Source of the DNA: Deltaproteobacteria bacterium
GTDB taxonomy: Bacteria; Desulfobacterota; Syntrophia; Syntrophales; UBA2192
Length of the DNA: 64,000 nucleotides
Direction of reading: 5' to 3'
Assembly: GCA_012728915.1 (NCBI GenBank)
Contig: JAAYEC010000007.1
Location: 6,505 to 70,504 of the forward strand
Positions 1 to 9,241 of the stretch are shown one piece after another; within the stretch, counting starts at the first letter, position 1; every line of letters begins with the position of its first letter. A model generated the notes under the pieces. That model worked only from the letters and a program-made list of their open reading frames with translations, ran no database searches and was not told the DNA's origin. Position numbers and translations under genes: made by a program.

Positions 1-137
1 TCCGGCTCCGCGTTCGCATCCCAGGCCAGGGTGATCTCGGCCGCCTTGGCCGGCCCGCCGGACATCAGCAATGCCGCGAACACCAGGACGATGAGCAATC
101 GTACGGGAAGGGGGAGAACGGGATTCTTGCCGATCAT
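1..137 (-). CDS. Secreted protein, N-terminal part only (signal peptide plus start of a probable fibronectin type III-like domain); runs off the window
   Basis: GGAGG RBS, then ATG at 137: MIGKNPVLPLPVRLLIVLVFAALLMSGGPAKA-AEITLAWDANAEP. 'TLAWD.N.EP' is typical of FN3-like surface proteins. Confidence 0.65.
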   Translation of the reverse strand, partial: MIGKNPVLPLPVRLLIVLVFAALLMSGGPAKAAEITLAWDANAEP

Positions 138-199
138 GGCAGCAACACCTCCATGCGGTTTTTTCGCCCAGGGCGTCCCGCACGGCGTGTGCCGATGAC

Positions 200-292
200 G
201 CCTGGCAGCCCTGCCACCTTATCCGGCGCTTCTTCGGACGTAGGTCAGTGACTTTGCGCCCCGCCCTTTCGGACGGTTTGCCCTTTACAGGC
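200..292 (-). ncRNA. Cyclic di-GMP-I (GEMM-I) riboswitch
   Basis: Minus strand reads GCCUG-UAAAGGGCAAACCGUCC-GAAA-GGGCGGGGCGCAAAG...ACCUA...GGUGGCAGGGCUGC-CAGGC. It has the GGCAAACC/GNRA/CGCAAAG hallmarks and a P1 stem GCCUG/CAGGC, and lies in the 5' UTR of the CDS at 1-137. Confidence 0.88.
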
Positions 293-671
293 ATTTCCCG
301 GAAAGAACAGACGGGTTCCGGTCAAACTTCAAATTCGGCACGAAGGCAAAAAACCTTTAGCCCCTTTTCGGAGGCTCCGTGCCGGAAGTCAGGCAGCCAG
401 GTGGACGGATGATAGAATTCTGCCGTGATTGCGGATATTTGGACAGCGTGCGGCCACGGCCGGGCGCACCGCTGTTTCAGGGACCTTGAACAAAATCCCC
501 GGCTGTAATAAAGAGGACTTTGGGTGCCCGATCGGCTGCATCGGAAGGGGATGCGGGGGATCGGGGATGAAGAGAGTTTCATGGGAGCTTCCCAATTCCT
601 CCGAATCCGTGGCCCCGGTCCCCAGGATATTGGCCCGATACCCGACACCCCGTTTTTTGGATTATTGAGAC

Positions 672-1295
672 ATGAAAAAAACCAGCCCCTGGTTCATCCT
701 GCTGTTCCCCATCGCTGTCCCGGCCGTCGTCGTCCTGGATTTTTTCGGCCACCGGATCATTGCCTTCGTGTTGTCCGCCGCCCTTGCCGTCTCCTTTGCG
801 ACCTACGTCTGGTCCGTCGTCGGGAAATTCCGCTCCCTGCGGGCCGCCATGACCTCCCTGGCCGAGTCCCTTTTCGATGCCGGTGCCTGGTCGATCCGGC
901 ACTACCCCTACCATCACACGCTCAGCGGGACGGCCTCCGGACGACGCCTTCACGTCTCGCTGCTGGGCCATCACGAGCGGTCCCTGTGCCAGCTCTTCCT
1001 CGAGTGCCCGGTTGCCCGCGATCTCTTCGTGGAGCAGGGCGCGGACCTGCGGGAATTGCCGGTCGCGATCGCCCCGATCGTCTCGGCGCCCGGCTTCCGG
1101 AGCCTTCAGGCCCTTTCGCGGAACGTCCCACCCCTGAAGCGGCTTCTCGGCGGGCTGGCCGGATCGGGCGGTCCCGGCCTCGTGCTTCGCAGGCAGGTGG
1201 ACGATCCCTTCTCGCTCCCTGCCCTGCAGCGGGACATCGGGGCGCTCGTCCTCCTTTCCGGATCGATGGGCCGCACCGCCGGAAAGGAACCTTGA
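672..1295 (+). CDS. Hypothetical membrane protein
   Basis: Two N-terminal hydrophobic segments; ends 1 nt before the next ATG. Confidence 0.7.
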   Translation: MKKTSPWFILLFPIAVPAVVVLDFFGHRIIAFVLSAALAVSFATYVWSVVGKFRSLRAAMTSLAESLFDAGAWSIRHYPYHHTLSGTASGRRLHVSLLGHHERSLCQLFLECPVARDLFVEQGADLRELPVAIAPIVSAPGFRSLQALSRNVPPLKRLLGGLAGSGGPGLVLRRQVDDPFSLPALQRDIGALVLLSGSMGRTAGKEP

Positions 1296-1296
1296 C

Positions 1297-2004
1297 ATGC
1301 CCCTGCACGTCGAGCAATTCCGATACGGGCGCGACAATCTCGGGTACCTGGTCTTCGGCCGTTCCGAGGCCATGGCCGTGGACGGGGGGGCCTGGCACGA
1401 AATCCTGGAATTTGCGGACACCCGGGGACTGAGGCTGCTTTACGTAACCCACACCCACGGACACCATGACCACATCGAGGGCAGCGACCGGCTCCTCGAG
1501 ACGTCGAGGGCCCGGCTTCTCGGCTTCCAGGAGTTGCAGGAGGGATCCGTGATCGTCCTTGACGGGAAGCCTGTCCGTGTGTATCGTACGCCCGGTCATT
1601 CGGTCGACTCGGTCTGTTTCCATGCCGGGCGGTACCTGCTGTCGGGCGACACCCTTTTTACCGGGACGATCGGAAACTGCTTCTCGGGCAACCTCCGGGC
1701 CTTCTACGAATCCATTCGGAGGCTCATGGCCCTGCCGGGGGACACGGTCATTTTCCCCGGCCATGATTACATGGAGCCGGCCGTCGCGTTCGCGCGCTTC
1801 CTGGAGCCCGCCAACAGGGACCTGGATGCGTACCTGGACCGCTACGAGCCCGATTGCGTCCGCTCGCTGCTGCGCGACGAGCGGAAAGTGAACCCCTACC
1901 TGCGGTTCAACGACCCGGCGATCATCGCGATCCTCAAGGAACGGGGTCTTCCGGTCGATTCCGAGTGGGAGCGGTGGCAGTCGCTGATGGCGATTGAAGA
2001 ATAA
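1297..2004 (+). CDS. gloB: Hydroxyacylglutathione hydrolase (glyoxalase II)-like MBL-fold protein
   Basis: THTHGHHDH, TPGH, GDTLF, PGHDY and ERKVNPYLR motifs. Confidence 0.85.
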   Translation: MPLHVEQFRYGRDNLGYLVFGRSEAMAVDGGAWHEILEFADTRGLRLLYVTHTHGHHDHIEGSDRLLETSRARLLGFQELQEGSVIVLDGKPVRVYRTPGHSVDSVCFHAGRYLLSGDTLFTGTIGNCFSGNLRAFYESIRRLMALPGDTVIFPGHDYMEPAVAFARFLEPANRDLDAYLDRYEPDCVRSLLRDERKVNPYLRFNDPAIIAILKERGLPVDSEWERWQSLMAIEE

Positions 2005-2009
2005 GATCA

Positions 2010-2040
2010 GGGTACCGGGTCCTGGGGACAGGGTACAGGT
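2010..2040 (+). repeat. GGGTNNN heptamer tandem repeat (G-quadruplex-like)
   Basis: GGGtacc GGGtcct GGGGaca GGGtaca, 5 nt after a stop codon. Confidence 0.7.
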
Positions 2041-2050
2041 CAAGAAAAAG

Positions 2051-2896
2051 ATGGGCAAGACCTCGCAATCCGTGGGCGGAACGACAGGGCTCAAGGCCTC
2101 CCTGGCCGCAGCGTGTTTGCTGATTATGCTGGCGACAGCGGCAACTGCCGTCGCGGGCGGCTACGAGGCGATCGAGATCGTGCCGACCCGGCCCGACGTG
2201 ACGGTGAGGCTGCTGGTCATGAAGGCCAACGCGAAGCCCGCCACGGCCCTCCTCCTCTTCCCGGGAGCGGACGGGGCGAAGCATTTCGGGGAGCGCGACG
2301 GGCGCTTCTGGACCAGCAGTCATTTCCTGCTGCGCGCCGCCCGCGACTTTGTCGCCGCGGGGTTCGTGGTCGTGGCCCTGGATGCCCCCTCGGACCAGTG
2401 CAACGGCATGCCGGACCGTTTCCGCACGTCACCGAAACACGCGGAGGACGTCCGGAAGGTCATCGGCTACCTGAAGGAAAAGCACCGTGTCAGCTCCCTG
2501 TACCTCGTGGGAACGGGCAAGGGAGCCCTCTCCGCGGCGTACCTGGCGTCCGTGTTCGACGATCCGGCCGTCGAGGGCGTGATCCTGACGGCCGTCTGCC
2601 CCCCTCCGGAGTTCGCCGGGGTCGACTTCGCGGAAATCGACGACCCCGTCCTCATCATTCACCACCTGTACGACGAGTGCCGCGCCACCCCCATCCAGGG
2701 GGCCTTCGAGCTGAAGAAGAGGCTTACGGAAAGCCCCCGGGCCGACCTGGTCGTGGTGACGGGCGGAAGCATGGCCGCTTCTACGCCGTGCGGCGCCCTC
2801 AGCAACCACGGCTTCTACGGGATGGAGAAGCCCGTGGTCCGGGTGGTGAAGGACTGGATCTCCGGCAAGGACGTCCCCGAGCGGATCGGCAAATAA
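2051..2896 (+). CDS. Secreted alpha/beta-hydrolase-fold protein
   Basis: Signal peptide, LLFPGADG, YLVGTGKG elbow, HHLYDEC and C-terminal HGFYG. Confidence 0.7.
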   Translation: MGKTSQSVGGTTGLKASLAAACLLIMLATAATAVAGGYEAIEIVPTRPDVTVRLLVMKANAKPATALLLFPGADGAKHFGERDGRFWTSSHFLLRAARDFVAAGFVVVALDAPSDQCNGMPDRFRTSPKHAEDVRKVIGYLKEKHRVSSLYLVGTGKGALSAAYLASVFDDPAVEGVILTAVCPPPEFAGVDFAEIDDPVLIIHHLYDECRATPIQGAFELKKRLTESPRADLVVVTGGSMAASTPCGALSNHGFYGMEKPVVRVVKDWISGKDVPERIGK

Positions 2897-2973
2897 AAAT
2901 CCCCCTCTTGAATGAAAGAGGGATCATTCCGCCCGGAGCGCTTCTTTCGCCGGACCCCGAACCCCTGCCTTCC

Positions 2974-3885
2974 CTATCTCAGCGTCAGCTTGTACGACTT
3001 CACCCTGAGGACCGGGTGGTATGAGCGCTTCATGCGGGCCAGGTTCGGCAGGCTCATGTCGCTTTCCTTGTTGATGTACCGGAAGCCCGCGAAGAGCCGT
3101 TTTGCGCATTCGTTGTCCAGGAACTGGTAGAGCCCCTTCACGTCGGAGAAGGCTTTTTCGTAGTTCAGGATGCCCGTGTCGCCCGTGAGGCGCGAAGCGA
3201 TCCCGAAGGCGCTCACGGCGTTGTCCAGGCGGACCAGGATCCCCGACAGTTCGAGGGCCTCGAAATTCTCCAGGGACGTGATGACGGCCCGACGTTCACA
3301 GGCCAGGTCGATATCCTCATCGACGTCGCAGTCCCGCTGTTCGCACCAGGCCTCCAGAAAGGCGAGACACTCCGGGACGCTGTCCCTCGTGATCGGCTCC
3401 ACCCGGGACCGGCTCCCGTTTCCTCCGAACTCCCGCTCGAACTGGTGGATGAGGTTCCGCTTGCGGACATAGCGGTTGCCCTTCAGTCGAGCCAGGTCCT
3501 CGGCGAGGTAGACGTAGTCCTCGAACTCCTCCTGTTCCTCCAGGTGAAAGACCTCATCCAGGCCCTGCCGGCGCCTCTCGACGTAGTCGCCGGAAACACA
3601 CCAGTACTGCGGGAAGCCGCTTTCGACGGCGATCGAGCGGAGGTGTTCGGGCTCGACATCGCCCCGGAGGGACAGGGGAAGGATGAGGTGGCGGTCCCCG
3701 GGCCGGAGTTCGGACTCGTTCGCGATGACCAGGAGATCGCCTTCCACGGCATATCGTGCCTCGAACACGCAGTTGCTCCAGGCAATGAGCGACGGGAGGG
3801 AATAGACGCTCAGCCGGTAGGGGATATCGGCAAAAAAGGGTTTCAGCGTCCCGTAGTCGGCGACTTCCAGCTTCCTGAAGTTCAT
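2974..3885 (-). CDS. DUF2156 / phosphatidylglycerol lysyltransferase C-terminal domain protein
   Basis: DYVY...L.GNRY..KRN, EKA....GLYQ and YINKESD....L...K.SYHP motifs. Confidence 0.85.
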   Translation of the reverse strand: MNFRKLEVADYGTLKPFFADIPYRLSVYSLPSLIAWSNCVFEARYAVEGDLLVIANESELRPGDRHLILPLSLRGDVEPEHLRSIAVESGFPQYWCVSGDYVERRRQGLDEVFHLEEQEEFEDYVYLAEDLARLKGNRYVRKRNLIHQFEREFGGNGSRSRVEPITRDSVPECLAFLEAWCEQRDCDVDEDIDLACERRAVITSLENFEALELSGILVRLDNAVSAFGIASRLTGDTGILNYEKAFSDVKGLYQFLDNECAKRLFAGFRYINKESDMSLPNLARMKRSYHPVLRVKSYKLTLR

Positions 3886-4304
3886 GGGGCCTTCTTCAGC
3901 ATCACGGTGCATCCCGGTATTTCTGCAAACCCGGCCCGGCGGTAGAAATCATGCGTCCCGGCCTCGGCGCCGAGGCCGATCCAGCCGATGCCGTCATGCC
4001 TGAGGCGATCCACCAGGTCTCCCACGATCCGGCCCCCGATACCCCTTCCCCTGAAGGCGGGATCGACGACGACATCCTGGATGTAGGCATCGCTCACACC
4101 GTCGCTGATGGCCCTCCCCATGCCGACGAGCCGCCCCTGCGCCCCGGCGATGACGAAACAGTGGCTTCCCCGGATGATCGCGGCGGCCAGATCGCGGTCG
4201 CGATCGGTCGACGGCCCCCACCAGCCCTGAACGCGGTACAGAGCCAGGACACTCTCGGCCTGCTGCGCGGTGGGCTCCGTTATGAAAGCATAATCGACCT
4301 GCAT
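3882..4304 (-). CDS. GNAT family N-acetyltransferase
   Basis: GRAISDG..AYIQDVVVDPAFRGRGIG acetyl-CoA motif; ATGA overlap with the DUF2156 gene. Confidence 0.88.
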   Translation of the reverse strand: MQVDYAFITEPTAQQAESVLALYRVQGWWGPSTDRDRDLAAAIIRGSHCFVIAGAQGRLVGMGRAISDGVSDAYIQDVVVDPAFRGRGIGGRIVGDLVDRLRHDGIGWIGLGAEAGTHDFYRRAGFAEIPGCTVMLKKAP

Positions 4305-4317
4305 GGCATGTGATGGA

Positions 4318-4346
4318 ATCTTAAGAATGCCGCCCCGCGCTGTCAA
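4318..4346 (-). promoter_or_regulatory. Sigma70-type promoter
   Basis: TTGACA-17 nt-TAAGAT just upstream of the GNAT ATG. Confidence 0.6.
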
Positions 4347-4388
4347 GGGAGAACCCGTGCAAAATCCCCTTCGTACGGCTTCCTGCCC

Positions 4389-5597
4389 TCACCCGACGAT
4401 GCCCTCCTTTCGCAAGTTGCCGATCTCCTCCGCGCCGAACCCCAGGGCGCCGAGGATCTCGTCGGTGTGCTCGCCGTGGAGCGGGGCGAAGCGCCGCACT
4501 TGCCCCGGGGTCTCGGAGAGTTTCGGCAGGATCCCCACCTGGTTCACTTTCCCCAGGTTCGGGTGGTCCAGTTCGATCACCATCTTCCGGTGAATCACCT
4601 GCGGGTCGCTGAAGACCTCCCCGATGTCGTAGACCTTCCCGACGGGGATGTCCTGCGGCGCGAGCAGGTCGAACCACTCGTCCCGGGTCTTCGTCAGGAA
4701 CACCTGCTCCAGGCAGGATCGGATCGCGAGGAGCTTCTCGTCGGGCGCCTGAAAGGTCATGTCCATGGACCATTTGGCCGGCATGAGTTCCTCCTTGCCG
4801 ATTGCCCTGCACAGGTTGTCCCAGAAATGGGGCTCGAGGCAGCCGATGCTGAGGTATTTCCCGTCCCCGGTCCGGTAGACGCCGTAGTGCGGATAGCTCC
4901 CCATGGCCCAGGACTCCCCGCGCTTCATGACCGTACCGTCCATGAAGAACCGGTGGGTGAACCAGGTGATCAGATGAATGGCCCCCTCCATGTAGGTGTG
5001 ATCGATATACTGCCCCTTGCCGGTCTTCCCCCGGGCCATGAGGGCCAGGAGAATCCCGACGGCCCCGTAGAGGGAGACACCGGCGAAGTCGGCGATGATG
5101 TTGAGCGGAATGGAGGGAGGACCGTCCTTCGGACCAATGAGGCCCAGAACCCCCGCCAGGGAGATATAGTTGATGTCATGGCCCGAGAGAAGGCGGTAGG
5201 GTCCGTCCTGCCCGTATCCGGAAAGGGAGCAGTAGACGATCCCCGGGTTGATCCCGCTGATCGTCCCGTAGTCGACCCCGAGCCTCTCCACGACGCCGGG
5301 CCGGTAGCCCTCGATGACCACATCGGCGCTCTCCGCCATCCGGTGAAAGATCCGCCGCCCCTCGTCGGACCGGAGATTCAGGCCGATGCACCGCTTGTTG
5401 CGGTTGAGCGCGAAAAAGGCGGCCTGCCGTTCCCTGTCCTTTCCGCCCGGAGAGTACCCCATGTCTGCCATCGGGAAGGCCTTCGCCGGTTCCACCTTGA
5501 TGACGTCGGCACCGAAGTCGGCCAGGATCATGGTACACAGCGCACCGGGGACGTAATTCGACAGATCGAGGACCTTGATTCCATCCAGCGCCATCAT
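4389..5597 (-). CDS. CaiB/BaiF family III CoA transferase
   Basis: LDGIKVLDLS, LADFGADVIKVE, NRNKR, GYGQDGPY and GHDINY motifs; GGAGGGAG RBS. Confidence 0.92.
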   Translation of the reverse strand: MMALDGIKVLDLSNYVPGALCTMILADFGADVIKVEPAKAFPMADMGYSPGGKDRERQAAFFALNRNKRCIGLNLRSDEGRRIFHRMAESADVVIEGYRPGVVERLGVDYGTISGINPGIVYCSLSGYGQDGPYRLLSGHDINYISLAGVLGLIGPKDGPPSIPLNIIADFAGVSLYGAVGILLALMARGKTGKGQYIDHTYMEGAIHLITWFTHRFFMDGTVMKRGESWAMGSYPHYGVYRTGDGKYLSIGCLEPHFWDNLCRAIGKEELMPAKWSMDMTFQAPDEKLLAIRSCLEQVFLTKTRDEWFDLLAPQDIPVGKVYDIGEVFSDPQVIHRKMVIELDHPNLGKVNQVGILPKLSETPGQVRRFAPLHGEHTDEILGALGFGAEEIGNLRKEGIVG

Positions 5598-5950
5598 AGA
5601 TCTCTCCCTCCTTTTGTTGAGCGGCGGCCGGGGGCGCACCATGGCCAGGCAGGAAAGGCGAGAAGGCGGGGGGGTGGAACGTTGGATAAACCGGCAGCCG
5701 AATTCCCGCGCCCCGTATCTCCAACTTTTTGGACCCGCCGGTTGTATATCACGGATCGGCACGTCCCGCCACAGAAACCGCCTCACGGGGTGTCCAGGGC
5801 CTAAGGACCGGATATCACAGGCAAAGCTAGTGCTTGAAATTATTTCGATTTTCTGTTATGTGCTCCGTGCATCCAAACCAACGGTTCTCTTGACGGACGG
5901 GCCGGTCGACATTCCCCATCGACGGGACAGGAGAGAGGAAAGAGGACGAG

Positions 5951-6172
5951 ATGGAGTCCCGTGCTCACACGGAACGGGAAGTCTGCGGGCACTGCAAGAA
6001 AAGGTTATCGTTCATCAGATGCACCGGATGCGAACTACCGCTCTGCCAGGAGTGCGCCTGCTTCGAACTGATCGGCTCGGGCACCGGCACCGTCATACCG
6101 GCTTACTATTGCCTTCAGTGCGTCAAGGATGAGAGGATAAACCCCAACGCAGTCTTTTACAGCATCAGGTAG
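5951..6172 (+). CDS. Small Cys-rich zinc-finger (B-box-like) protein
   Basis: CGHC, CTGC, CQEC and CLQC; GAGGA RBS. Confidence 0.7.
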   Translation: MESRAHTEREVCGHCKKRLSFIRCTGCELPLCQECACFELIGSGTGTVIPAYYCLQCVKDERINPNAVFYSIR

Positions 6173-6275
6173 CCCCCGGAACGGGGCGCCGAACCGTCAC
6201 CCGCCCGCCCCTGCGGGCGCGCCCCGCGCGGCTCGCAGGCGATCCCGCGCCGAAGGGGCGTGGCCTACCCGACGC

Positions 6276-6626
6276 CTATTCCGAGTCGACAAGGAACTTC
6301 GCGGTGAAAAACCCCATCAGGATGAGGAGAACCGAGAGGTCCGCCCGGTCGAGGATCCACATCGCGAACGCCTTGACGCCGGCGGCCTCGTTGAGGAAGC
6401 CGAAGGCGCCGGCAGGGACATACTTGACGAGGGCGATCGACGGGTATCGCGTCCATTCGTTGTACTCGAACCAGCCGTAGAGCTGATAGGCAAAAAGAAG
6501 CGTTCCGGAGAGGAAAATGAGGTTGGCCAGCCAGGACAGCAGCGAGATCCTCCTGCCCTTCACGCCTGTGCCGGCAGGGTGGGAATACTGAAACTTCCAC
6601 GCAGAATGCCCATCGTACGGATCCAT
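6276..6626 (-). CDS. Hypothetical membrane protein
   Basis: GGAGG RBS; hydrophobic segments. Confidence 0.65.
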   Translation of the reverse strand: MDPYDGHSAWKFQYSHPAGTGVKGRRISLLSWLANLIFLSGTLLFAYQLYGWFEYNEWTRYPSIALVKYVPAGAFGFLNEAAGVKAFAMWILDRADLSVLLILMGFFTAKFLVDSE

Positions 6627-6889
6627 CGCAGACACCTCCTTTTTTCGTCACGCCCCGAGAAGCGGGGCAGGCCGCCCTCCTCCGGTGCAGGCCTCCGGTC
6701 CGCGAGGAACGCAGGGCAGGACAACAGGTATCGATCGCAAGGCCGTCCGGGCCGAAGGCTCCGTTCACACTATCGGATCATGGCGTCCCGGCCTTGAGGG
6801 TTTTTTCGGCCGGGGGGCCTCCGCTCGATACCCGGCCGCCGGCGAACAAACGCCACCGAGATATTTCCGGCGCCGACCCGTAAAACGGG

Positions 6890-6917
6890 TTGACAATTTC
6901 CCGCGCATCGATACAAT
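6890..6917 (+). promoter_or_regulatory. Sigma70-type promoter of the cytochrome/rhodanese operon
   Basis: TTGACA-16 nt-TACAAT, about 50 nt upstream of ATG 6967. Confidence 0.6.
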
Positions 6918-6966
6918 GAAGGGCGCCGTTCCCCGATTTCCACCTTTCCGTCCAGCGCGAGGACCC

Positions 6967-8223
6967 ATGAAGGCACGGCTTGTCACCCTGATCGCTGCGC
7001 TTCTTCTTCCCCTGAGCCTGGTTTTATCCTCGTCCACGACCGCCCAGAACCAGGACAGCTCCTGCGTCGCCTGCCACACCGACGAGGCCGCGCTGAAGAA
7101 GACCTGCAAGCCCTTCGTCAAGCCCGAGGGCGAGGCGGAAGGGTGAGCGGGGGCGCCTCCGCCGGTCAAGGCGGAGACCTTCCACCTGACGTTCCTCGTC
7201 GACAGAAAGCTCGTCGAGACGGACAGGCATTTCGAGAAGGGCTGCCTGTACTGCCACAAGGGCAATGACCGGGCCGACGACAAGGACGCCGCGCACGAGG
7301 GAATGGTGAAGCGCCCCTCGAACAACCTGTCCCTCTGCGGGGAGTGCCACCCGGAAATCGCCGCGAATTATAAAAAGTCCCTCCACTACACGACCATCGG
7401 CCAGCGCAACCGGGTGATCAGGCGGATGTCGGCAGACGAGGCGAAGATCTTCGACGAAAAGGTCTTCGAGACATCCTGCCGCTCCTGCCATGCCTCCTGC
7501 GGGGACTGCCACGTGAAATCCCCGGCCATCGGCGGGGTGAGCCTGGGCCTCATCAGCAAGCACAAGTTCGTCAGGAAGGACGAGGGCAAGACCTGCGCCT
7601 ACTGCCACGGCGGCCGGGTCTATCCCGAGTACACGGGCGAGTACGGTGGCAACGCCGACGTCCACTACCAGAAGGGCATGATGTGCATGGACTGCCACAC
7701 CATGGACGAGCTCCATGGCGACGGGAAGGCCTACCAGCTCAAGGAAGAGGTCCGCGACCGGCCCCGCTGCACCGACTGCCATGAGCCGGGCCGGGAAAAC
7801 AAGCTGACGGCCCGCGTCGGCCACCTCAAGCACAGCGAAAATGCCAGCTGCTACGCCTGCCACTCGGCGGGCGAGTACCGGCAGTGCTTCAACTGCCACG
7901 GCGGCCACTCCGAGGCCAAGCCGGGCTTCTACATCGGGACGAGCCCGCGCAACCACAGGGAGATCACCACCCTGCGCATCATCCCCACCGTGCGCGACAC
8001 GTTCAAGCCCGCCGGGATCCAGCAGGCCAACTTCGACGCCCTGCCCAACTACTGGGACTCCCCGATCCACAATATCCGCAAACGCACGGAGCGGACGCGC
8101 AACTGCGACGTCTGCCACGAAGACCGCAAGGGTTTCCTCACCATGGAGACCCTGCTGAAGGGCAGTTCGCGGGTGAACCTCGAACTGATCAAGAAACCGA
8201 AACCGATCCCCGTAAGCCAATAG
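6967..8223 (+). CDS. Periplasmic multiheme (11 CxxCH) cytochrome c selenoprotein; UGA at 7144-7146 read as Sec60
   Basis: Signal peptide and CVACH, then an in-frame TGA. The frame stays open through CLYCH into the 7303-8223 ORF, which has 9 more CxxCH. SECIS-like hairpin at 7157-7176. Confidence 0.85.
7157..7176 (+). promoter_or_regulatory. Bacterial SECIS element
   Basis: CUCCGCC-GGUCAA-GGCGGAG perfect stem starting 10 nt after the UGA; loop begins with G. Confidence 0.8.
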
Positions 8224-8238
8224 GAAAAGGAGGTTCTC

Positions 8239-9123
8239 ATGGGTAAGACGAAGTCGAAAATCCTGGTCGGCCTGCTGGCCCTTTTACTGTGTGTCCCCGC
8301 GGCCGCTTTCGCGGCGGACACCGTCGTCTCGGCGGACTGGCTGCAGGCCAATCTCTCCAAGGTCGCCACTGTCGATATCCGCAAGGTAGAGGACTACAAT
8401 GCCGGGCATGTCCCGGGCGCCATCAACGTCTTCTACGGCGTCTGGGCCATCCAGAAGGCAGGGCTTCTCAACGAACTGCCGGCCGATGACGACTTGAGAG
8501 ACAGCCTCTCGGCGGCGGGCATTGAGCCGACGACGACCGTTGTCGTGGTCGGGAGCACGGCCAACATGGCCGAAAAGGCCAACAACACGCGCGTGGGCTG
8601 GACGCTGAAGTATGCCGGCGTGGGTAGCGTGGCCGTCCTCGATGGCGGCATGGAGAAGTGGGTTGCCGCCGGCAAGCCGGTGTCGAAAGATGCCGTGAAG
8701 CCCAAGGCAAAACCCTACCGGGGCGCCTTCAACAAGGCCGTTCTGGCCAGCAAGGCTTATATCCTTTCCAGCATCGGGAAGGCCGCAATTGTCGATGTCC
8801 GCGAGCCCGACTTCTACAGCGGCGCGAAGAAGCTCGACTTCGTCGCACGGCCCGGTCATCTGAAAGGCGCCGTGAACCTGCCGACTGCCGCCGCTTACAA
8901 CGATGACGGCACGTTCAAGCCCATGGCCGATCTCGAAGCCATGGCGAAGAAGGCCGTCGGAGACGACAAGGGAAAGGAGATCATCGTCTACTGCGACAGC
9001 GGCAGGGTCGCCTCGATCTGGTGGTACCTGCTCAGCCAGTCCATGGGCTACACGAACGTGAAGCTCTATGATGGATCCGCCCAGGATTTCGCAAAGGACC
9101 CGAGCGTGCCGCTGGAGCCGTAG
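8239..9123 (+). CDS. Periplasmic two-domain rhodanese/sulfurtransferase
   Basis: Signal peptide (AFA-A), GHVPGAIN, LDGG, active-site YCDSGRVA, LYDGS. Confidence 0.92.
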   Translation: MGKTKSKILVGLLALLLCVPAAAFAADTVVSADWLQANLSKVATVDIRKVEDYNAGHVPGAINVFYGVWAIQKAGLLNELPADDDLRDSLSAAGIEPTTTVVVVGSTANMAEKANNTRVGWTLKYAGVGSVAVLDGGMEKWVAAGKPVSKDAVKPKAKPYRGAFNKAVLASKAYILSSIGKAAIVDVREPDFYSGAKKLDFVARPGHLKGAVNLPTAAAYNDDGTFKPMADLEAMAKKAVGDDKGKEIIVYCDSGRVASIWWYLLSQSMGYTNVKLYDGSAQDFAKDPSVPLEP

Positions 9124-9142
9124 CCCGTTCTGCAGCGATTTG

Positions 9143-9172
9143 GGTCCCGGCGCCCTCAGGGGCGCCGGGACC
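9143..9172 (+). other. Strong intra-operon hairpin without a U-tract
   Basis: GGTCCCGGCGCCC-tcag-GGGCGCCGGGACC, 13-bp perfect stem. Confidence 0.6.
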
Positions 9173-9241
9173 TCACAACTTGCGTTGCCCGATCTGAACC
9201 GAAACGTCTTCGTCCTGCCGTCCTGGAGTGCGGGGTCTCTC

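Noticed and set aside
5819..5836. Sigma54-like GG-N10-GC element (AGGCAAAGCTAGTGCT)
   Set aside because: Weak match to TGGCAC-N5-TTGC; cannot be supported without a PWM.
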